The notes under the pieces are model-generated. The model made no database searches and was not told where the DNA came from. It saw only the letters and a list, made by a program, of their open reading frames with translations. DNA of 63,264 bases, the filler included, from Basidiobolus ranarum (Eukaryota), in assembly GCA_040143965.1 (NCBI GenBank). It is 57 parts of 57 records of this genome, joined end to end, with 100 filler letters (N's around TTAATTAATTAA, not from the genome) between each part and the next. Parts side by side here need not be neighbours in the genome. Positions count along the whole stretch, not along the records: positions 62,261 to 63,264 come from JASJQH010013732.1; 56 more parts are not named here. One strand, written 5' to 3'. The position numbers and the translations under genes are program-made. Of this stretch, positions 62,261-63,264 are shown one piece after another (position 1 is the first letter of the stretch; each line of letters begins with the position of its first letter).

Positions 62261-63264
62261 TTTTGCATTTTCATTAAACAAAATGTCCCTGGACTTGACT
62301 AACTTGGAAATTTTAGTATCATAGAGTCTGTAGGCCTTAGTTTGAGTACAATAACCTAGAAATATGCATTTCTTACTTTTTGGATCAAATTTAGATGGAT
62401 TTTTGGTCATAATTTTGACATCAGCAATGCATCCAAAGATCCTCAAATGTTTTACATCAGGTTTAACTCCAAACCAAGCTTGATATGGCATAGAGTTAGA
62501 CAGACTTTTAGTGAAACTCCTATTCTTCAGATATACAGCTGTAGCAACAGATTCTGCCCAAAAGTTATGAGGTAAATTTTGTGCATTTATCATAGATCTT
62601 GCCATTTCTATTATAGTCCTGTTAGCTCTTTCAGCAACTCCATTTTGTTGTGATGAATAGAGGGCAGTAGTTTTGTGCTTAATTCCACGAACTTTGCAAA
62701 AGTGCTTAAATAGTGTTGAAGTATATTCTCCACCATTGTCAGTGTCTATTTTCTTGATTTTAGTTCCAGTTTCAGTCTCCACAAGTGTTGTAAAATCTTG
62801 AAATATAGAGAGAGCTTCTTCTTTTCTTTCCATAAAGTAGACCCAAGTGTATCTTGTATAATCATCAATAAATGTGATTAAATATCTTTTTCTGCCTAAA
62901 GATAAATTTTGCATAGGTCCACACAAATCTGAATGAATTAGATCCAATTTTTTGACAGATTTGATTAAACCAGAGCTCTTGAATGGTTGCCTGGCTTGTT
63001 TTCCATATATACAACCCTCACAAATTTCCATTTTGGTTGGGGGGTTAATTTGAATTCCAGAAATTAGGCAATTTTTGATCATTTTGCTCAAATAATCAAA
63101 TCCAATATGGCCAAATCTCTTATGCCATAATTGAATAGTTTCTTGATTGGAATAACTTATATTTACACATAAACCTCTTGGATTATATGTAAGTTTGTAT
63201 AAGTTCTGATCCTTTTCTCCCAAAGCTAAATAATTCCCATTTTGATCAGTGATGGTGCATCCTG
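62261..63264 (-). CDS. Copia family 1 integrase, open frame
   Basis: WHKRFGH..CEGC..LIHSDLCGPM..IDDYTR..DNGGEY..QNGVAERANRT. Confidence 0.94.

Noticed and set aside
1-63264. Prokaryotic defence systems, CRISPR arrays, rRNA or tRNA genes
   Set aside because: None seen; the content is eukaryotic TE debris and spliced genes.

Overview
This window is not contiguous genome. It holds 57 unlinked contigs sorted by decreasing length (1020 to 1004 bp) and joined by 56 artificial 100-bp linkers (N44-TTAATTAATTAA-N44), so adjacency across linkers has no biological meaning. The DNA is eukaryotic, most likely from a repeat-expanded fungus: it has short GT-AG introns and fungal-type TE lineages, but the species cannot be determined here. 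Most contigs are decayed, nested transposons. These include several Ty1/copia families, a chromodomain Ty3/gypsy (Tf1/sushi-like), a second Ylt1-like gypsy, a high-copy CMC/CACTA-type DNA transposon with CCCTAACA termini, and a PIF/Harbinger element with a matching 182-bp MITE. Two multicopy ORF families have no recognisable domain. Host-like CpG-retaining contigs carry NDUFS7 (complex I PSST), an Akr1-like DHHC palmitoyltransferase, an intronless GPC1 pseudogene, and the starts of two head-to-head paralogous genes. The most interesting signals are: (1) a tRNA-independent self-priming PBS in the chromovirus, with an extra invariant LTR hairpin that duplicates the PBS; (2) the divergent paralog pair; (3) the Harbinger/MITE partnership, with two catalytic Asp-to-His changes; (4) the unknown ORF families, one with a 38-aa repeat; (5) TE-specific CpG decay. 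Family calls come from recognised motifs only; no database search was run, and novelty is unproven.
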